A stretch of DNA of 64,000 nucleotides from an uncultured Candidatus Poseidoniales archaeon (GTDB lineage: Archaea; Thermoplasmatota; Poseidoniia; Poseidoniales; Thalassarchaeaceae), in the NCBI GenBank assembly GCA_964386765.1, contig CAYLUC010000005.1, positions 3,201 to 67,200 of the forward strand. Reading direction: 5' to 3'. This document shows, piece by piece, positions 18,526 to 29,580 of this stretch (position 1 is its first letter; every line of letters starts with the position of its first letter). The translations under genes were made by a program, and so were the position numbers. Below the pieces are notes generated by a model, which saw nothing but the letters and a program-made list of their open reading frames with translations, had not been told where the DNA came from and did not search any database.

Positions 18526-18824
18526 TAGACCCCAGTTGGATAGCAGGACTGGGGGTCATCCTCTTCGGAATAGGTCTGATAGGTGCATTCTCTAGGAAGA
18601 ATGCCATAGTGGTCCTCATGTGCATCGAGGTCATGTTGAACGGCGCAAACCTCAACTTCGTTGCCGGCACTATGTACTGGGGGGGACCTGATGGCTGGGT
18701 ATTCACTACAATTGCCATAGCAATAACAGCTGCAGAGGTGGCAATAGGACTAGCGATATTCCTTTCCCTTTACAGCACTCAAGAGACGATATCCCTGGAT
18801 GAGGCGAACATCCTGAGGAACTGA
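18522..18824 (+). CDS. nuoK: Complex I-like subunit K
   Basis: KNAIVVLMCIEVMLNGANLNFV and AAEVAIGLAI motifs. Confidence 0.96.
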   Translation: MIDPSWIAGLGVILFGIGLIGAFSRKNAIVVLMCIEVMLNGANLNFVAGTMYWGGPDGWVFTTIAIAITAAEVAIGLAIFLSLYSTQETISLDEANILRN

Positions 18825-18830
18825 GGTGGA

Positions 18831-21131
18831 ATGATGAGCGAGAACAAGAGCGAGGCAGGACTACTCGTCTACATCCTCCCATTCCTAGCAATAGTGCCAC
18901 TCATGCATTACCAAGGCTGGGAATCTTCAGACTCGGCCATCCTCATTGTCGCTGTCCCATTTGTCACATTCCCAGTGATTCTTGTGGCGGGCCAACTCTA
19001 CAACGGTCATGAGACATGGAAGAACAAACTGAAGGAGGGGGGAATACTAGCTCTTGGAGCTCTGGGAACATCACTCTCAGCTGCGGTTTGGATTATTTAC
19101 GACTACTTCGACGCTCTGCCAGATTTCGGGGATCAGCACAGCATCTCCCAGTGGCTGGAATGGGTGTCATTCGATCTCCTCCAGTCAGACTACACCTTGA
19201 CCGCGGAAACCAATATCCTAGGAGTCGGAGTATGGGTTGACTCGGTAACTCTGATGCTTCTCTTCGTTGCCACTTTCCTATGCTTCCTCATTTGCTGGTT
19301 TAGCCTTGGATACATGAACACGGATCCAATTAACGACGACAGGAACCATAGATTCTACGGTGAATTCGTCCTGTTTGCTTTGGGGATGTTTGGCATGGTT
19401 CTGGCTGACAATTTCCTCTGGCTATTCATATTCTGGGAGATAATGGGCCTCTGCTCCTATCTGTTGATTGGATTCTACTACTGGAAGGAAAGTGCAGCAT
19501 ACGCGGCCAAGAAAGCCTTCCTTACCACCAGGGTGGGGGACGTCTTCCTTATGGTCGGGCTCTTCATGCTCTACGACATCTACGGGTCACTGGAGTTCTC
19601 CGTAATATTCCACGACCCATCACTGCATGGGACCGTAGATTCCGCAGAACTATTCTGGGCACTTCTGATGATGTTCATCGGAGCTGTTGGAAAATCAGCA
19701 CAGTTTCCCCTACACGTCTGGCTACCTGATGCCATGGAGGGGCCAACACCGGTATCCGCACTAATCCACGCTGCCACGATGGTGAACGCGGGACTCTATC
19801 TGGTAGCGAGAATGGTCCCCTTCGTTGACGTAGGGCATCATGGGGTTCCGGGACTGGAGGATCTGGGGCTAATCGTCGCCTATGTGGGAGGGATCACGGC
19901 CTTCATGGCAGCTGCCATAGCCTTCGTCCAGAATGACATCAAGAAGGTATTGGCATACTCTACAATGAGCCAATTAGCGTACATATTCACGGGCCTTGGG
20001 TCAGCTCTCTGGTTCTACAACCACGATGAGCATCATGCTGCAGTAGTGGTATTCGGGGCATCCATGTTCCACCTATTCAACCACGCAATGGCAAAGGGGA
20101 TGCTATTCATGGCGAGCGGTTCGGTAATTCACGAGGTTCACCATGCCCATGACCACCTACACCATGGTAATGGGAATCACGAACATTTCGATCCACAAGA
20201 CATGCGGAATATGGGCGGCTTGGCTTCCAAGATGCCTATCACAGCAACGGCAATGATGGTTGGTTCGATGTCCATTATTGGTATTCCCCTTATTGGCGGA
20301 TTCTGGTCGAAGGAGGGGATAATAGCAGAAACATGGCTAGCAGCACTCGATCACGAACCACTCATGATAGGCCCGGCCATACTTGTCATACTCACTGCGG
20401 GAATGACAGGTTTCTACATGTCAAGAATGTGGTTCATGACCTTCGCTGGGGAGCCAAAGAGCGATGTTGTCGATCATGTACACGAGGCCACTCCTTGGAT
20501 CAAAGAACCACTGATCATATTGACGGTGATTTCCGCACTGGGGGGTATCGCATTCGCTCTCCTTGGCGCTACAGACTACCTATCCTCATCGTATGGTGAT
20601 TCGGGACATCTCAAGCTCCATGAGTCCACATTCATTGATTCAGTCATCTATCAATTGGAACATGCATTCCTCCCTGAGAACCAGAATCTTAGATTAGTGG
20701 GTTGGGTCACAATTCTGCTCTCCTTCATTATCGGGCCAATTTTCGCCGCCAGAATCCACGGAGGCTCCTTAGCGGAGGGAGAATCAGCTACCTCAGCAGT
20801 ATCCTGGCTGGTCGGAATTTCAGGCAAGTTTGGAAGCCAGGACGTCAGCTCCCTTTCCGAATCAGATTTGGCAGAGGCCCTAGAAAAAAGGCTATATTTC
20901 GATGATTTGTATGAGGGGCTTCTAGCAAAGACAGTTTTGCCAATGGCGGCTTTCGCAGCATGGTTCGACAGAACTGTAATTGACGGTGTAATCAAGCAGA
21001 TAGAGTCGAACTCAGTCTCTGGATCTCTCCAAATTAGGACAATAACCACCGGTAGTGCCCGTGATTACATACTCATGGCAGCAGTAGGAATGCTGTCGAT
21101 TATTGCATTGATATGGGGGATCAGCGCATGA
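18831..21131 (+). CDS. nuoL: Complex I-like subunit L
   Basis: FWEIMGLCSYLLIGF, GKSAQFPLHVWLPDAMEGPTPVSALIHAATMV, KKVLAYSTMSQL motifs. Confidence 0.97.
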   Translation: MMSENKSEAGLLVYILPFLAIVPLMHYQGWESSDSAILIVAVPFVTFPVILVAGQLYNGHETWKNKLKEGGILALGALGTSLSAAVWIIYDYFDALPDFGDQHSISQWLEWVSFDLLQSDYTLTAETNILGVGVWVDSVTLMLLFVATFLCFLICWFSLGYMNTDPINDDRNHRFYGEFVLFALGMFGMVLADNFLWLFIFWEIMGLCSYLLIGFYYWKESAAYAAKKAFLTTRVGDVFLMVGLFMLYDIYGSLEFSVIFHDPSLHGTVDSAELFWALLMMFIGAVGKSAQFPLHVWLPDAMEGPTPVSALIHAATMVNAGLYLVARMVPFVDVGHHGVPGLEDLGLIVAYVGGITAFMAAAIAFVQNDIKKVLAYSTMSQLAYIFTGLGSALWFYNHDEHHAAVVVFGASMFHLFNHAMAKGMLFMASGSVIHEVHHAHDHLHHGNGNHEHFDPQDMRNMGGLASKMPITATAMMVGSMSIIGIPLIGGFWSKEGIIAETWLAALDHEPLMIGPAILVILTAGMTGFYMSRMWFMTFAGEPKSDVVDHVHEATPWIKEPLIILTVISALGGIAFALLGATDYLSSSYGDSGHLKLHESTFIDSVIYQLEHAFLPENQNLRLVGWVTILLSFIIGPIFAARIHGGSLAEGESATSAVSWLVGISGKFGSQDVSSLSESDLAEALEKRLYFDDLYEGLLAKTVLPMAAFAAWFDRTVIDGVIKQIESNSVSGSLQIRTITTGSARDYILMAAVGMLSIIALIWGISA

Positions 21132-22720
21132 TTAACGATCCCCTCTCCGTAATCACGCTAGCTCCACTGGCAGTAGGGCTGGCTCTCCTGATCCTCCCCA
21201 AGATCCTCAGTTCTGCTGAAGGTCTGGCCCGTGCCTCTAGGGCGATAAGCATGGGTGTCGCCCTCGCCATGCTAGCCATAACCACAATGATATTCTTAGG
21301 GGAGATTGGGAGCATAGACTGGACAGATTATGGCTCCGGATACTCGCTAACAAACGAGTCATTCCTCTTGATACCATCAATAGGAGTCTCATGGACAGTC
21401 GGCATAGACGCCCTATCATTCCCAATGGTATGGCTAACGACATTACTAATCCCAGTCTCAATGCTAGTCGAGTGGGATGCAAAGAGGGGACACTTATTCC
21501 ACCCGTTAATCCTAATCATGGAAGGGGCATTGATAGGGGTATTCGTGTCTCTGGACATGTTCGTATTCTACGTATTCTGGGAACTGACCCTAGTCCCCAT
21601 GTTCTTCCTGATTATGGTTTGGGGAGGCGATGACAGGAGGTACGCCTCGATGAAGTTCTTCATCTACACATTCACGGCGAGCGTTGTCATGCTCATTGGG
21701 ATACTGGTCATGTACCTCTATACCCCGGATGTGGCCGGTTCGGGGACCATCACTGGGCACACATTCGATCTCGGGGTAATGGTATCCTCCGCATCCAGCA
21801 TTCCAAGTGAGGGGCTAAGGCATCTTGTTTGGATTCTGCTTCTGATAGGGTTCGCAACGAAGATGCCTAGCGTACCAGTTCACACATGGCTCCCCGACGC
21901 CCACGTACAGGCTCCCACAGCCGGGTCGATGCTCCTTGCTGGTGTCATGCTGAAGATGGGAGCATACGGTTTCCTGAGAATAGCAGTAACCGCTCTTCCA
22001 GAGTCAACCATGGTATTCATCCCTCTCCTGTTATTCCTCGGGATGGTCAGCCTAGTCTACGGGGCATGGGTGTGCATGGGTCAAACAAACCTCAAGAGAA
22101 TGGTAGCTTACTCTTCAGTTTCCCACATGGGGCTCATTTTCCTTGGAATAGCGACCATGCAGCCTCTTGGAATCGCTGGAGCTCTATTCATGATGTTCGC
22201 TCATGGGATCATAAGCCCGCTTCTTTTCGCAGTGGCTGGGGCGTTCAAGCATCACTATCACACTCTAGAAATAGGCTCTATGAGGGGAATCGCGCACCAT
22301 AGCCCATGGCTAGCAGGACATATGATGCTAGGGTGGATGGCCAGTCTCGGACTTCCCCTTCTGGCCGGTTTCGTTGCAGAGGTAACGGTTCTTATCGCCT
22401 TCTGGATGTCATTCGGGTGGCTGGTATTGTTGCCTGCCTTGACGCTGATAATTACAGCCGTTTACTACCTGACTTCAATGCAGAGGACAATCTTCGAGTC
22501 CAATGATCCGCACCAAGGAATACTACCAGATTCCCTACACGGTGAAGACCCCTCGGACATCACATGGCACGAGAACGCAGGGATGCTGATACTGGGAGCA
22601 TTGACGGCATTATTCGGGATCTTGCCATTCATCTTCTGGGACATGATGTCTGACTGGAGCTCAGGATTCATGATTGACGTTCTAGTCCAAGCAATGGAGT
22701 CAGAGGGGGTGAATCCATGA
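21128..22720 (+). CDS. nuoM: Complex I-like subunit M
   Basis: FYVFWELTLVPMFFLI, KMPSVPVHTWLPDAHVQAPT, LLAGVMLKMGAYG motifs; ATGA overlap with the nuoL stop. Confidence 0.97.
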   Translation: MINDPLSVITLAPLAVGLALLILPKILSSAEGLARASRAISMGVALAMLAITTMIFLGEIGSIDWTDYGSGYSLTNESFLLIPSIGVSWTVGIDALSFPMVWLTTLLIPVSMLVEWDAKRGHLFHPLILIMEGALIGVFVSLDMFVFYVFWELTLVPMFFLIMVWGGDDRRYASMKFFIYTFTASVVMLIGILVMYLYTPDVAGSGTITGHTFDLGVMVSSASSIPSEGLRHLVWILLLIGFATKMPSVPVHTWLPDAHVQAPTAGSMLLAGVMLKMGAYGFLRIAVTALPESTMVFIPLLLFLGMVSLVYGAWVCMGQTNLKRMVAYSSVSHMGLIFLGIATMQPLGIAGALFMMFAHGIISPLLFAVAGAFKHHYHTLEIGSMRGIAHHSPWLAGHMMLGWMASLGLPLLAGFVAEVTVLIAFWMSFGWLVLLPALTLIITAVYYLTSMQRTIFESNDPHQGILPDSLHGEDPSDITWHENAGMLILGALTALFGILPFIFWDMMSDWSSGFMIDVLVQAMESEGVNP

Positions 22721-24420
22721 TATCCCTTGGCCAACTAAACTTAGATTCAGAAACCGCATTCACGCTATTGCCGGAATTGGTAATGCTAATCGGCGTATTG
22801 GCAATAATACTCATTCCAAACCTCGGTAATGCAACATTCAGAATGCCCCTGACCAATTTCAGGGTCCCAATTCTAATCGGAGGCTCAAGGTTCGAAACTA
22901 CGAATGACCCACGTATGCCCAACCGAATCGCTACTGCCACCTTCGCAATAGCCTTCGCATCCTCCCTCTTGATGATCGATAGCACCTCGGAAGAAGTAGG
23001 CGGACTACTGAGGTCAGACGCGTTCAGTCGACTATTCTCTGCTATGTTCATCGGTGCCTTGCTACTGGTATCCGTCGCAACCACACATAGGATTCCAGCT
23101 AAGAAAAACGCCAGAGTTCCAGAAGATGGAGACTCTGAGGTAACCACATCGAGGAAGATGGCTGCCCTCATCGACAATAGGAGGCAGGTAGACTTCCACA
23201 TACTGCTAATCATGGTAGGATTGGGGATGAGTCTGATGGCCATGTCGACTAACCTGTTCATGCTCGTAGTCTGTATTGAGTTGGCTTCACTGTCGACCTA
23301 CGTCCTCGTCGCGTTCCACAAGGAGGAGGATGTCGGGGGCGAGGCCGGTGCGAAGTACTTCATCGTGGGCTCAGCTGCTTCTGCAGTCGGAATTTACGGA
23401 ATGTCACTACTGTACCTGTGGTCAGGAGACCTATCTCTCGACGCCCTGGCAGAGAAGTGGGGACAGATGCAAGGAATGGACCCATTCGCAGCCTTTGGAA
23501 TCGGGCTGATGATGGTGGCCTTCGGATTCAAGGTTAGTGCTGCGCCCTTCCATCTCGCAGCACCAGACGCGTACTCTGGAGCTTCATCACCAGTCTCGGG
23601 CCTACTCGCAACCGCATCTAAGGCCATGGGATTCGTTGCATTGATCAGGGTTCTAGTAATGATTACCGTACCGGATTTCGGAGAAGAGACAACATGGTTC
23701 CTGATGCTGGCAATCATATCAGTAGTTACGATGTCATGGGGGAACCTTGCGGCACTAACTAGCGAGAACCCAAAGAGGATGCTGGCATACTCCAGCGTTG
23801 CTCATGCAGGGTACATGCTAGCGGCCATTTCAGTGGTCGGGAGCGGCCTCGCTGGAGAGGAAGGTACGAGAATTATCCTAATCGCCATTACGTTCCATCT
23901 CGCAGTACTGGTTCTGTTCAAGCTGGGTGCCTTCCTGGTCCTATCCCTCTTGGAAACAGAGGGAAGGGGGCACCGAATGCAGGATCTCCACGGACTAGGC
24001 AAGAGAGAGCCTCTGATTGCCGGCTCGATGTTCCTCTTCATGCTCTCACTGGCAGGAGTTCCACCATTGTCGGGATTCCTGTCAAAATTGCTGATGGTCA
24101 ACGGAATAGTCTCTTCCTCGGCAGGAACTGGAAGCTCATCGACAACTGACGTCTACTCTTGGATGGAATCTGTGGACCCCATCTTCTGGCTCGCAGCAGC
24201 TATCGTGGCCAACAGTGCGCTGTCGCTCTTCTACTACCTCAGGTTGAGCCTAGTCATGTTCTTCGAAGAATCTGACAAGTCCTCGAGACTGAAATCGGCA
24301 CCCTCTCTGAGAATGGCAATAATGGCTTGCGCAGTACTCACAGTCTTGTGCGGGATAGGCCCAGTAAGCGAGTGGCTAGTCAGTCTAGTCACCACTTCTA
24401 TTGAGTCTCTGATGGGCTAA
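22717..24420 (+). CDS. nuoN: Complex I-like subunit N
   Basis: EAGAKYFIVGS, FKVSAAPFHLAAPDAYSGA, KRMLAYSSVAHAGY, SLAGVPPLSGF motifs. Confidence 0.96.
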   Translation: MISLGQLNLDSETAFTLLPELVMLIGVLAIILIPNLGNATFRMPLTNFRVPILIGGSRFETTNDPRMPNRIATATFAIAFASSLLMIDSTSEEVGGLLRSDAFSRLFSAMFIGALLLVSVATTHRIPAKKNARVPEDGDSEVTTSRKMAALIDNRRQVDFHILLIMVGLGMSLMAMSTNLFMLVVCIELASLSTYVLVAFHKEEDVGGEAGAKYFIVGSAASAVGIYGMSLLYLWSGDLSLDALAEKWGQMQGMDPFAAFGIGLMMVAFGFKVSAAPFHLAAPDAYSGASSPVSGLLATASKAMGFVALIRVLVMITVPDFGEETTWFLMLAIISVVTMSWGNLAALTSENPKRMLAYSSVAHAGYMLAAISVVGSGLAGEEGTRIILIAITFHLAVLVLFKLGAFLVLSLLETEGRGHRMQDLHGLGKREPLIAGSMFLFMLSLAGVPPLSGFLSKLLMVNGIVSSSAGTGSSSTTDVYSWMESVDPIFWLAAAIVANSALSLFYYLRLSLVMFFEESDKSSRLKSAPSLRMAIMACAVLTVLCGIGPVSEWLVSLVTTSIESLMG

Positions 24421-24444
24421 TCTTTCAGGCTCAACTTCACATAG

Positions 24445-24978
24445 GTGACTCTCGACGGAGACACAGTGGCACGCAGAGAGGAGAAGGTAGACTTCGAGCG
24501 CCTAGCGCAACTCGAGTCTGGAAGCGGAGACCGTATCAGAGTCCCTCTTCCAAATCGCAAGGTGAACGAGATGTTCGCTATTGCTGATGAAATTCTAGGT
24601 GGCAGGAGGATAAGGGCCGTATGCGAGGACGGCCTCAGCAGGATATCCAGAATTCCGGGAAAGATGAGGCGCCGCCAATGGGTAAGGGAAGGCGATCTGA
24701 TAGTTGTACAGCCCTGGGACTTCCAAGACGAGAAAGCCAATGTCTGCATGCGTTACACGAAGACACAGTCACTTTACCTGTCCCGTAAGGGGGTTCTTCC
24801 CGACATCGTCGACCTATTCGGGCTATCTTCCGATGACCAGGTGGAAGAATCCAGCGATCAGCAAATCGAAACGGACGAGCCAATGGAAGAAGAGGCTCCC
24901 GAGGAACCCGTCGAGGAGAAACAGGAGACAGCCCCAGCTGCCTCACAAGATGATGACATCGACTCTTTCTTTGGGTGA
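24445..24978 (+). CDS. eif1a: Translation initiation factor aIF1A with acidic C-terminal tail
   Basis: RVPLPNR..EMFAIADEILGG..IRAVCEDGLSRISRIPGKMRRRQWVREGDLIVVQPWDFQ; conserved aIF1A-Rio1-KH gene order. Confidence 0.93.
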   Translation: MTLDGDTVARREEKVDFERLAQLESGSGDRIRVPLPNRKVNEMFAIADEILGGRRIRAVCEDGLSRISRIPGKMRRRQWVREGDLIVVQPWDFQDEKANVCMRYTKTQSLYLSRKGVLPDIVDLFGLSSDDQVEESSDQQIETDEPMEEEAPEEPVEEKQETAPAASQDDDIDSFFG

Positions 24979-24982
24979 GTTA

Positions 24983-25864
24983 ATGCCTAATGAGGAACCT
25001 TGGGAAGAGGAAGATCCCGACGCATTGATGAAGGCACAGACGAAGCACGACTGGATGTCTGAACCACGATTCAAGAAAATATTCAGTGAAATAGAGGACG
25101 GACTTCAGGGCGTACTCGGCAAAGGGCCTTTCGAGTGGGTCGACAGGAGGGTGTTCGACGCAGTCTTCGATCGATCTACCCTACTTGCAATTCACAAGCT
25201 AATGGAGAAGGGCGACATTGAGACGGTTAACTACCCCATAGCAAGGGGAAAGGAGGCACATGTCTTCCACGCTTCCTCGTCCAATGGACCGGTCGCAGTG
25301 AAAATCTTCCACACCACTAACGCCGTTTTCAAAGGGCTCGCAAAGTACATCGATGGGGATCCAAGATTCGAGGGACTTTCGGGAAGACACAGGGAACTGG
25401 TCAATATATGGGTCAAGAAGGAGTTCAGGAACCTACGTAGACTAAGGAAGCACGGAATAAGGGTACCAATGCCAATTTCATATCACAAGAACGTGCTGAT
25501 AATGGAGCTAATTGGAGACAACGAAGCCAGCCCCAGACTACGAGACGTGGTTATCGATGAGCCATACGAGGTGTTCCTTGATTTGCTAGAAATGACAGCT
25601 GTTTCTTGGCAGAAGGCGAACCTAGTTCATGCTGACCTGAGTGAGTACAACATCCTGTGGTACGATGGCGAGCCTTGGCTAATTGACGTGGGACAGGGAG
25701 TGACCAACCAACACCCTCATGCCGAGGAGTTCTTGGTTAGGGATGTAACAAGACTCGTAAAATGGATCAATAAGCAAGGTTTTGAGGCTGAACTAGCCGA
25801 AAGCATGCTCAGAGTACTGGATGAACCGGTTCCAGAACTACCCGAGCTTCCGGGCGGGGATTAA
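24983..25864 (+). CDS. rio1: RIO1-family serine kinase/ATPase
   Basis: IARGKEAHVF, AVKIF, LVHADLSEYNIL, LIDVGQ motifs; ATG 24983 (ORF-track start 24704 overlaps eif1a). Confidence 0.95.
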   Translation: MPNEEPWEEEDPDALMKAQTKHDWMSEPRFKKIFSEIEDGLQGVLGKGPFEWVDRRVFDAVFDRSTLLAIHKLMEKGDIETVNYPIARGKEAHVFHASSSNGPVAVKIFHTTNAVFKGLAKYIDGDPRFEGLSGRHRELVNIWVKKEFRNLRRLRKHGIRVPMPISYHKNVLIMELIGDNEASPRLRDVVIDEPYEVFLDLLEMTAVSWQKANLVHADLSEYNILWYDGEPWLIDVGQGVTNQHPHAEEFLVRDVTRLVKWINKQGFEAELAESMLRVLDEPVPELPELPGGD

Positions 25865-25890
25865 AACCAGTTGTCTGGTGGGCCGCAGCC

Positions 25891-26622
25891 GTGGAGACCA
25901 TTGCACGCATCCCGAAGGACCGGATTGCCGTGCTGATAGGCAAGGGTGGCTCAACTAGGAAGATGCTAGAGGAAGCCTGCGGGGGACAATTGGAGATCGA
26001 CTCACAAACCGGCGAAGTAAGGGTATTCTGGGAAGACCAAGAAGTGGATCCAATAGTGAAGATGAAGACACCGGATGTGATACTCGCAATAGGGAGGGGA
26101 CTATCTCCCACCAGGGCCGTCCAGCTTCTAGAGGACGAGATCCATCTTGTCATGTTCGACATAAGGGAGTGGGTAGGCAGGCAGCCAAACCAGATTCGCA
26201 GAATGAGGAGTCGACTAATCGGAAGAAACGGGATGATACGTAGTAGAATAGAGGAGCTGACCGGCAGTGAAATCGCAATTTACGGATCAACGGTAATTGT
26301 GATTGGAGACGACATGGGATTAGAAATCGCCAAACCGGCCATAGAGTCCATACTTAGAGGGGCCGAACACGGAAATGTTCTGCACGGTCTAGAGAAAGAT
26401 CGTAAGAGACAAAGGATGAAGTCCAGGAGCTTGGAATCATACGAGGAAAGAAGGGACGAGGACGGAGGAACATTCGAAACCCTTGTCCCGGGACTTTCGG
26501 CTGCTAGAAGAAGAAGGGAGAGGAGGCTCAGGGAGTTCCAGGTAGATCCTGAAGACCAAGCATCAGTCAAAGAAATGCTGGAGCTTTCGGAGGACGAGGA
26601 AATCCTTTACGAAGAGGAATGA
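25891..26622 (+). CDS. dim2: KH-domain ribosome biogenesis protein Dim2/Pno1
   Basis: IAVLIGKGG, AIGRGLSP, SRLIGRNGMIR and ILRGAEHGNV motifs; follows rio1. Confidence 0.92.
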   Translation: METIARIPKDRIAVLIGKGGSTRKMLEEACGGQLEIDSQTGEVRVFWEDQEVDPIVKMKTPDVILAIGRGLSPTRAVQLLEDEIHLVMFDIREWVGRQPNQIRRMRSRLIGRNGMIRSRIEELTGSEIAIYGSTVIVIGDDMGLEIAKPAIESILRGAEHGNVLHGLEKDRKRQRMKSRSLESYEERRDEDGGTFETLVPGLSAARRRRERRLREFQVDPEDQASVKEMLELSEDEEILYEEE

Positions 26623-26665
26623 GAACATCCGCCATACCTAAGCGTAGGAGTCTTCTGGTAGATTC

Positions 26666-27946
26666 ATGGGCGACTCATGGGAAGAGTTGTACGATTACGA
26701 AAAGTGGTCAATTTACGCCTTGATGGGAATATCGCTGGCTTTCTTTGCCGCTCTAGGGCTCGACTCTCTGGATGTAAATAATCCGCTTACTGAGATGGTT
26801 ATGGAGTTCTATATCGAACCGGTGCTTAATGACGCAGGAACCGATGCAGGATACAACCGGGTCAATACTATCACCTATGCAGTTGTGTTGGCTCTATTTG
26901 TTGCTGCTTTGAGTGCTTGGCTAAGGTTCCTTGAGATTGATCCAAGTGAGGCCACCATCCTTGCATTGCTCCCCTACGTTCTCTGGGCTGCACTTGGTGA
27001 GGTGGTCGAGGACGCGCAAATGTTCGACGCCACCCTAGCTCCCTTTTTCGTGAGTCCTGGAATACACTTCCAGACTGCACTCTGGGTTGTTGTTGCTGGA
27101 GCAGTTGGATATTCCATTTCGTCGAATGAGATGGATCCGGAGGACAAGGATAGGACTATTGAGGTGACTTCCTCCATTCTCATTCTGGTTCAATTCTTCC
27201 TATATGGCTCGTCCATATCGGGAAGTGATGTAGTTGCAGGTGGAATCGACCTTGCTACATTTGCTGTGATAGGAATTTCTGCAACCTTCCTGCCATGGTT
27301 CTTCAGAGAATCAACCAGGTACTTCACGCACGTTCAGAGAGTCGTCTACTTCGTTGGCCTCGGGGGGTCTATGGTATTCTTCGGAGCGCTTTCTTCCTAC
27401 GCATCCAGCGTTCCCGATGACAATCTGGTCCTGTGGCCGTTGCTCCTCGTAATCGGGGTTCCAGTGTTAATTTGCGTCTCGATGTACTCGAGGGGCATCC
27501 AATCAGCATCGACGCTCTCCTCACACGGCCTAGTGGCAGGGGTCCTGCCCCTGGGGATGACCGAAGACGACTACGAAGCACTCACAGGCTCTCCTCAGAA
27601 GGAACTTCTCGAGAGCAACAGGAAGACCGCTGTTATGGCTTACCCTGTAGTTTTCCTAGCTGTTTCCGGACAGATATTAGATGGGCTAGCCACGTGGATA
27701 GGAATAGACTACTTTGGATATCAGGAGAAACACCTACTTTCGGCTGAGATTATCGAACTCCTGGACTCGGCATTTGGATTTACCTTGATCAAGGCAGCAT
27801 TAGGTGGACTGATATGGTATTTCTTCGCCATAGCTAACTTCGAGAATAGGCAACAGCATCTGAGGCTCCTGGTCGGATTGATGATGCTCGTAGTGGGAAT
27901 GGCACCCGGACTTCGTGATGTCGGCAGACTAGTGATTGGGGTCTGA
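26666..27946 (+). CDS. DUF63-family polytopic membrane protein (longer than typical)
   Basis: [10 protein letters not shown] near the N-terminus; [19 protein letters not shown] near the C-terminus; many TMs. Confidence 0.75.
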   Translation: MGDSWEELYDYEKWSIYALMGISLAFFAALGLDSLDVNNPLTEMVMEFYIEPVLNDAGTDAGYNRVNTITYAVVLALFVAALSAWLRFLEIDPSEATILALLPYVLWAALGEVVEDAQMFDATLAPFFVSPGIHFQTALWVVVAGAVGYSISSNEMDPEDKDRTIEVTSSILILVQFFLYGSSISGSDVVAGGIDLATFAVIGISATFLPWFFRESTRYFTHVQRVVYFVGLGGSMVFFGALSSYASSVPDDNLVLWPLLLVIGVPVLICVSMYSRGIQSASTLSSHGLVAGVLPLGMTEDDYEALTGSPQKELLESNRKTAVMAYPVVFLAVSGQILDGLATWIGIDYFGYQEKHLLSAEIIELLDSAFGFTLIKAALGGLIWYFFAIANFENRQQHLRLLVGLMMLVVGMAPGLRDVGRLVIGV

Positions 27947-27949
27947 AGA

Positions 27950-27968
27950 CCGACATCTACGATGTCGG
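27950..27968 (+). promoter_or_regulatory. C-TAN-G triloop hairpin (copy 4) between the DUF63 gene and the MCC/liu genes
   Basis: CCGACATC-TAC-GATGTCGG, perfect 8 bp, starts 3 nt after the upstream TGA. Confidence 0.65.
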
Positions 27969-28014
27969 CTCCATTCAATTGAAGTCCCACACTCCCTCTG
28001 CGTGTTTGAGAGAA

Positions 28015-29574
28015 ATGGACCGGCTGCCCACTAGAGTCGACTTAGGAAGCGAAGAATTCGCTACTAGAAGTGACCACAACAAGTCCCTAGTCGAGGAACT
28101 CAGGGCCAGACTTGGTGAGGCCAAGGAAGGTGGTGGGGGCAAGTATGTGGATAGGCACAGGCAACGAGGAAAGAAGATGGCCAGAGAAAGAATCTCTGAG
28201 ATATGCGACCCAGGATCTCCATTTCTCGAGTTTTCCGGTCTTGCAGCAAACGGCATGTATGGTGGAAGGGCACATTCTGCCGGAGTGGTCACAGGAATAG
28301 GCACTGTTCACGGAAAGGAATGCGTTTTCGTGGCTAATGATGCTACTGTGAAGGGTGGCTCATACTATCCTATGACCGTGAAGAAGCATGTCAGGGCACA
28401 GGAGATAGCCGAATCGAATAACTTGCCCTGCATTTATCTCGTGGACTCGGGAGGAGCATTCCTGCCACTTCAGGACCAGGTTTTCCCCGACAAGGGTCAC
28501 TTTGGAAGAATTTTCAGGAACCAAGCAATCCTATCAAGCAAGGGAATTCCACAGGTAGCAGCAGTTCTGGGATCGTGCACAGCCGGGGGGGCGTACATTC
28601 CAGCAATGAGCGATGAATCGATAATCGTCAAGGACAATGGGACAATTTTCCTTGCTGGACCGCCCCTCGTCAAGGCTGCCACTGGCGAGGAGGTTAGTGC
28701 CGATGACCTAGGGGGGGCCGACGTCCACACTAAGGAATCAGGAGTGGCGGACCACTTTGCCGAAGATGAGCCAACGGCGCTTAGGATGGTTCGAAACATT
28801 GTTGAGAATCTGAATATAGAGCCCAAACACCGTCTCGATGTGCAACCAGCAGAGGCACCCGCGCATAACCCAGATGATTTGATGGGGATTATTCCGACTG
28901 ACAATAGGACTCCCTACGACGTAAGGGAGGTAATTTCCAGAATCGTCGATGGTAGCAGATTCCACGAATTCAAACAAAGATACGGAAATTCCCTCGTTTG
29001 TGGATTTGCTAGGATTCACGGCTACCCAGTTGGAATAGTTGCAAACAATGGGATATTGTTCTCAGAGTCATCACTCAAGGGAGCCCATTTTGTCGAGCTA
29101 TGTGGCCAGAGAGGGATCCCTTTGATTTTCCTTCAGAACATCATGGGATTCATGGTGGGAAGGGAGGCCGAGGCAGGAGGGATAGCGAAAGACGGGGCTA
29201 AGCTAGTCACTGCAGTCTCCTGTGTACCGGTGCCGAAATTCACAGTCATCATCGGGGGCTCCCACGGGGCTGGGAATTACGGAATGTGTGGTAGGGCATA
29301 TGATCCCAGATTCCTCTTCATGTGGCCAAATGCTAGAATTTCAGTGATGGGAGGGGAGCAAGCAGCTAGTGTACTATCCACTGTCGGCAGTGCAGACCCA
29401 GAAGAAATCAGGGCCAAATATGAGAGTGAAAGTAATCCCTACTACTCAACTGCCAGACTTTGGGACGATGGTGTGATTGACCCAAGAGACACTAGGGATA
29501 TTCTGGGACTGTGCATTTCAGCTAGTCTCAATGCACCAATGCCAGAACAGGGATACGGCGTATTCAGGATGTGA
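28015..29574 (+). CDS. mccB: 3-methylcrotonyl-CoA carboxylase beta (carboxyltransferase) subunit
   Basis: [60 protein letters not shown] motifs; ATG 28015. Confidence 0.93.
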   Translation: MDRLPTRVDLGSEEFATRSDHNKSLVEELRARLGEAKEGGGGKYVDRHRQRGKKMARERISEICDPGSPFLEFSGLAANGMYGGRAHSAGVVTGIGTVHGKECVFVANDATVKGGSYYPMTVKKHVRAQEIAESNNLPCIYLVDSGGAFLPLQDQVFPDKGHFGRIFRNQAILSSKGIPQVAAVLGSCTAGGAYIPAMSDESIIVKDNGTIFLAGPPLVKAATGEEVSADDLGGADVHTKESGVADHFAEDEPTALRMVRNIVENLNIEPKHRLDVQPAEAPAHNPDDLMGIIPTDNRTPYDVREVISRIVDGSRFHEFKQRYGNSLVCGFARIHGYPVGIVANNGILFSESSLKGAHFVELCGQRGIPLIFLQNIMGFMVGREAEAGGIAKDGAKLVTAVSCVPVPKFTVIIGGSHGAGNYGMCGRAYDPRFLFMWPNARISVMGGEQAASVLSTVGSADPEEIRAKYESESNPYYSTARLWDDGVIDPRDTRDILGLCISASLNAPMPEQGYGVFRM

Positions 29575-29580
29575 TTAGAA

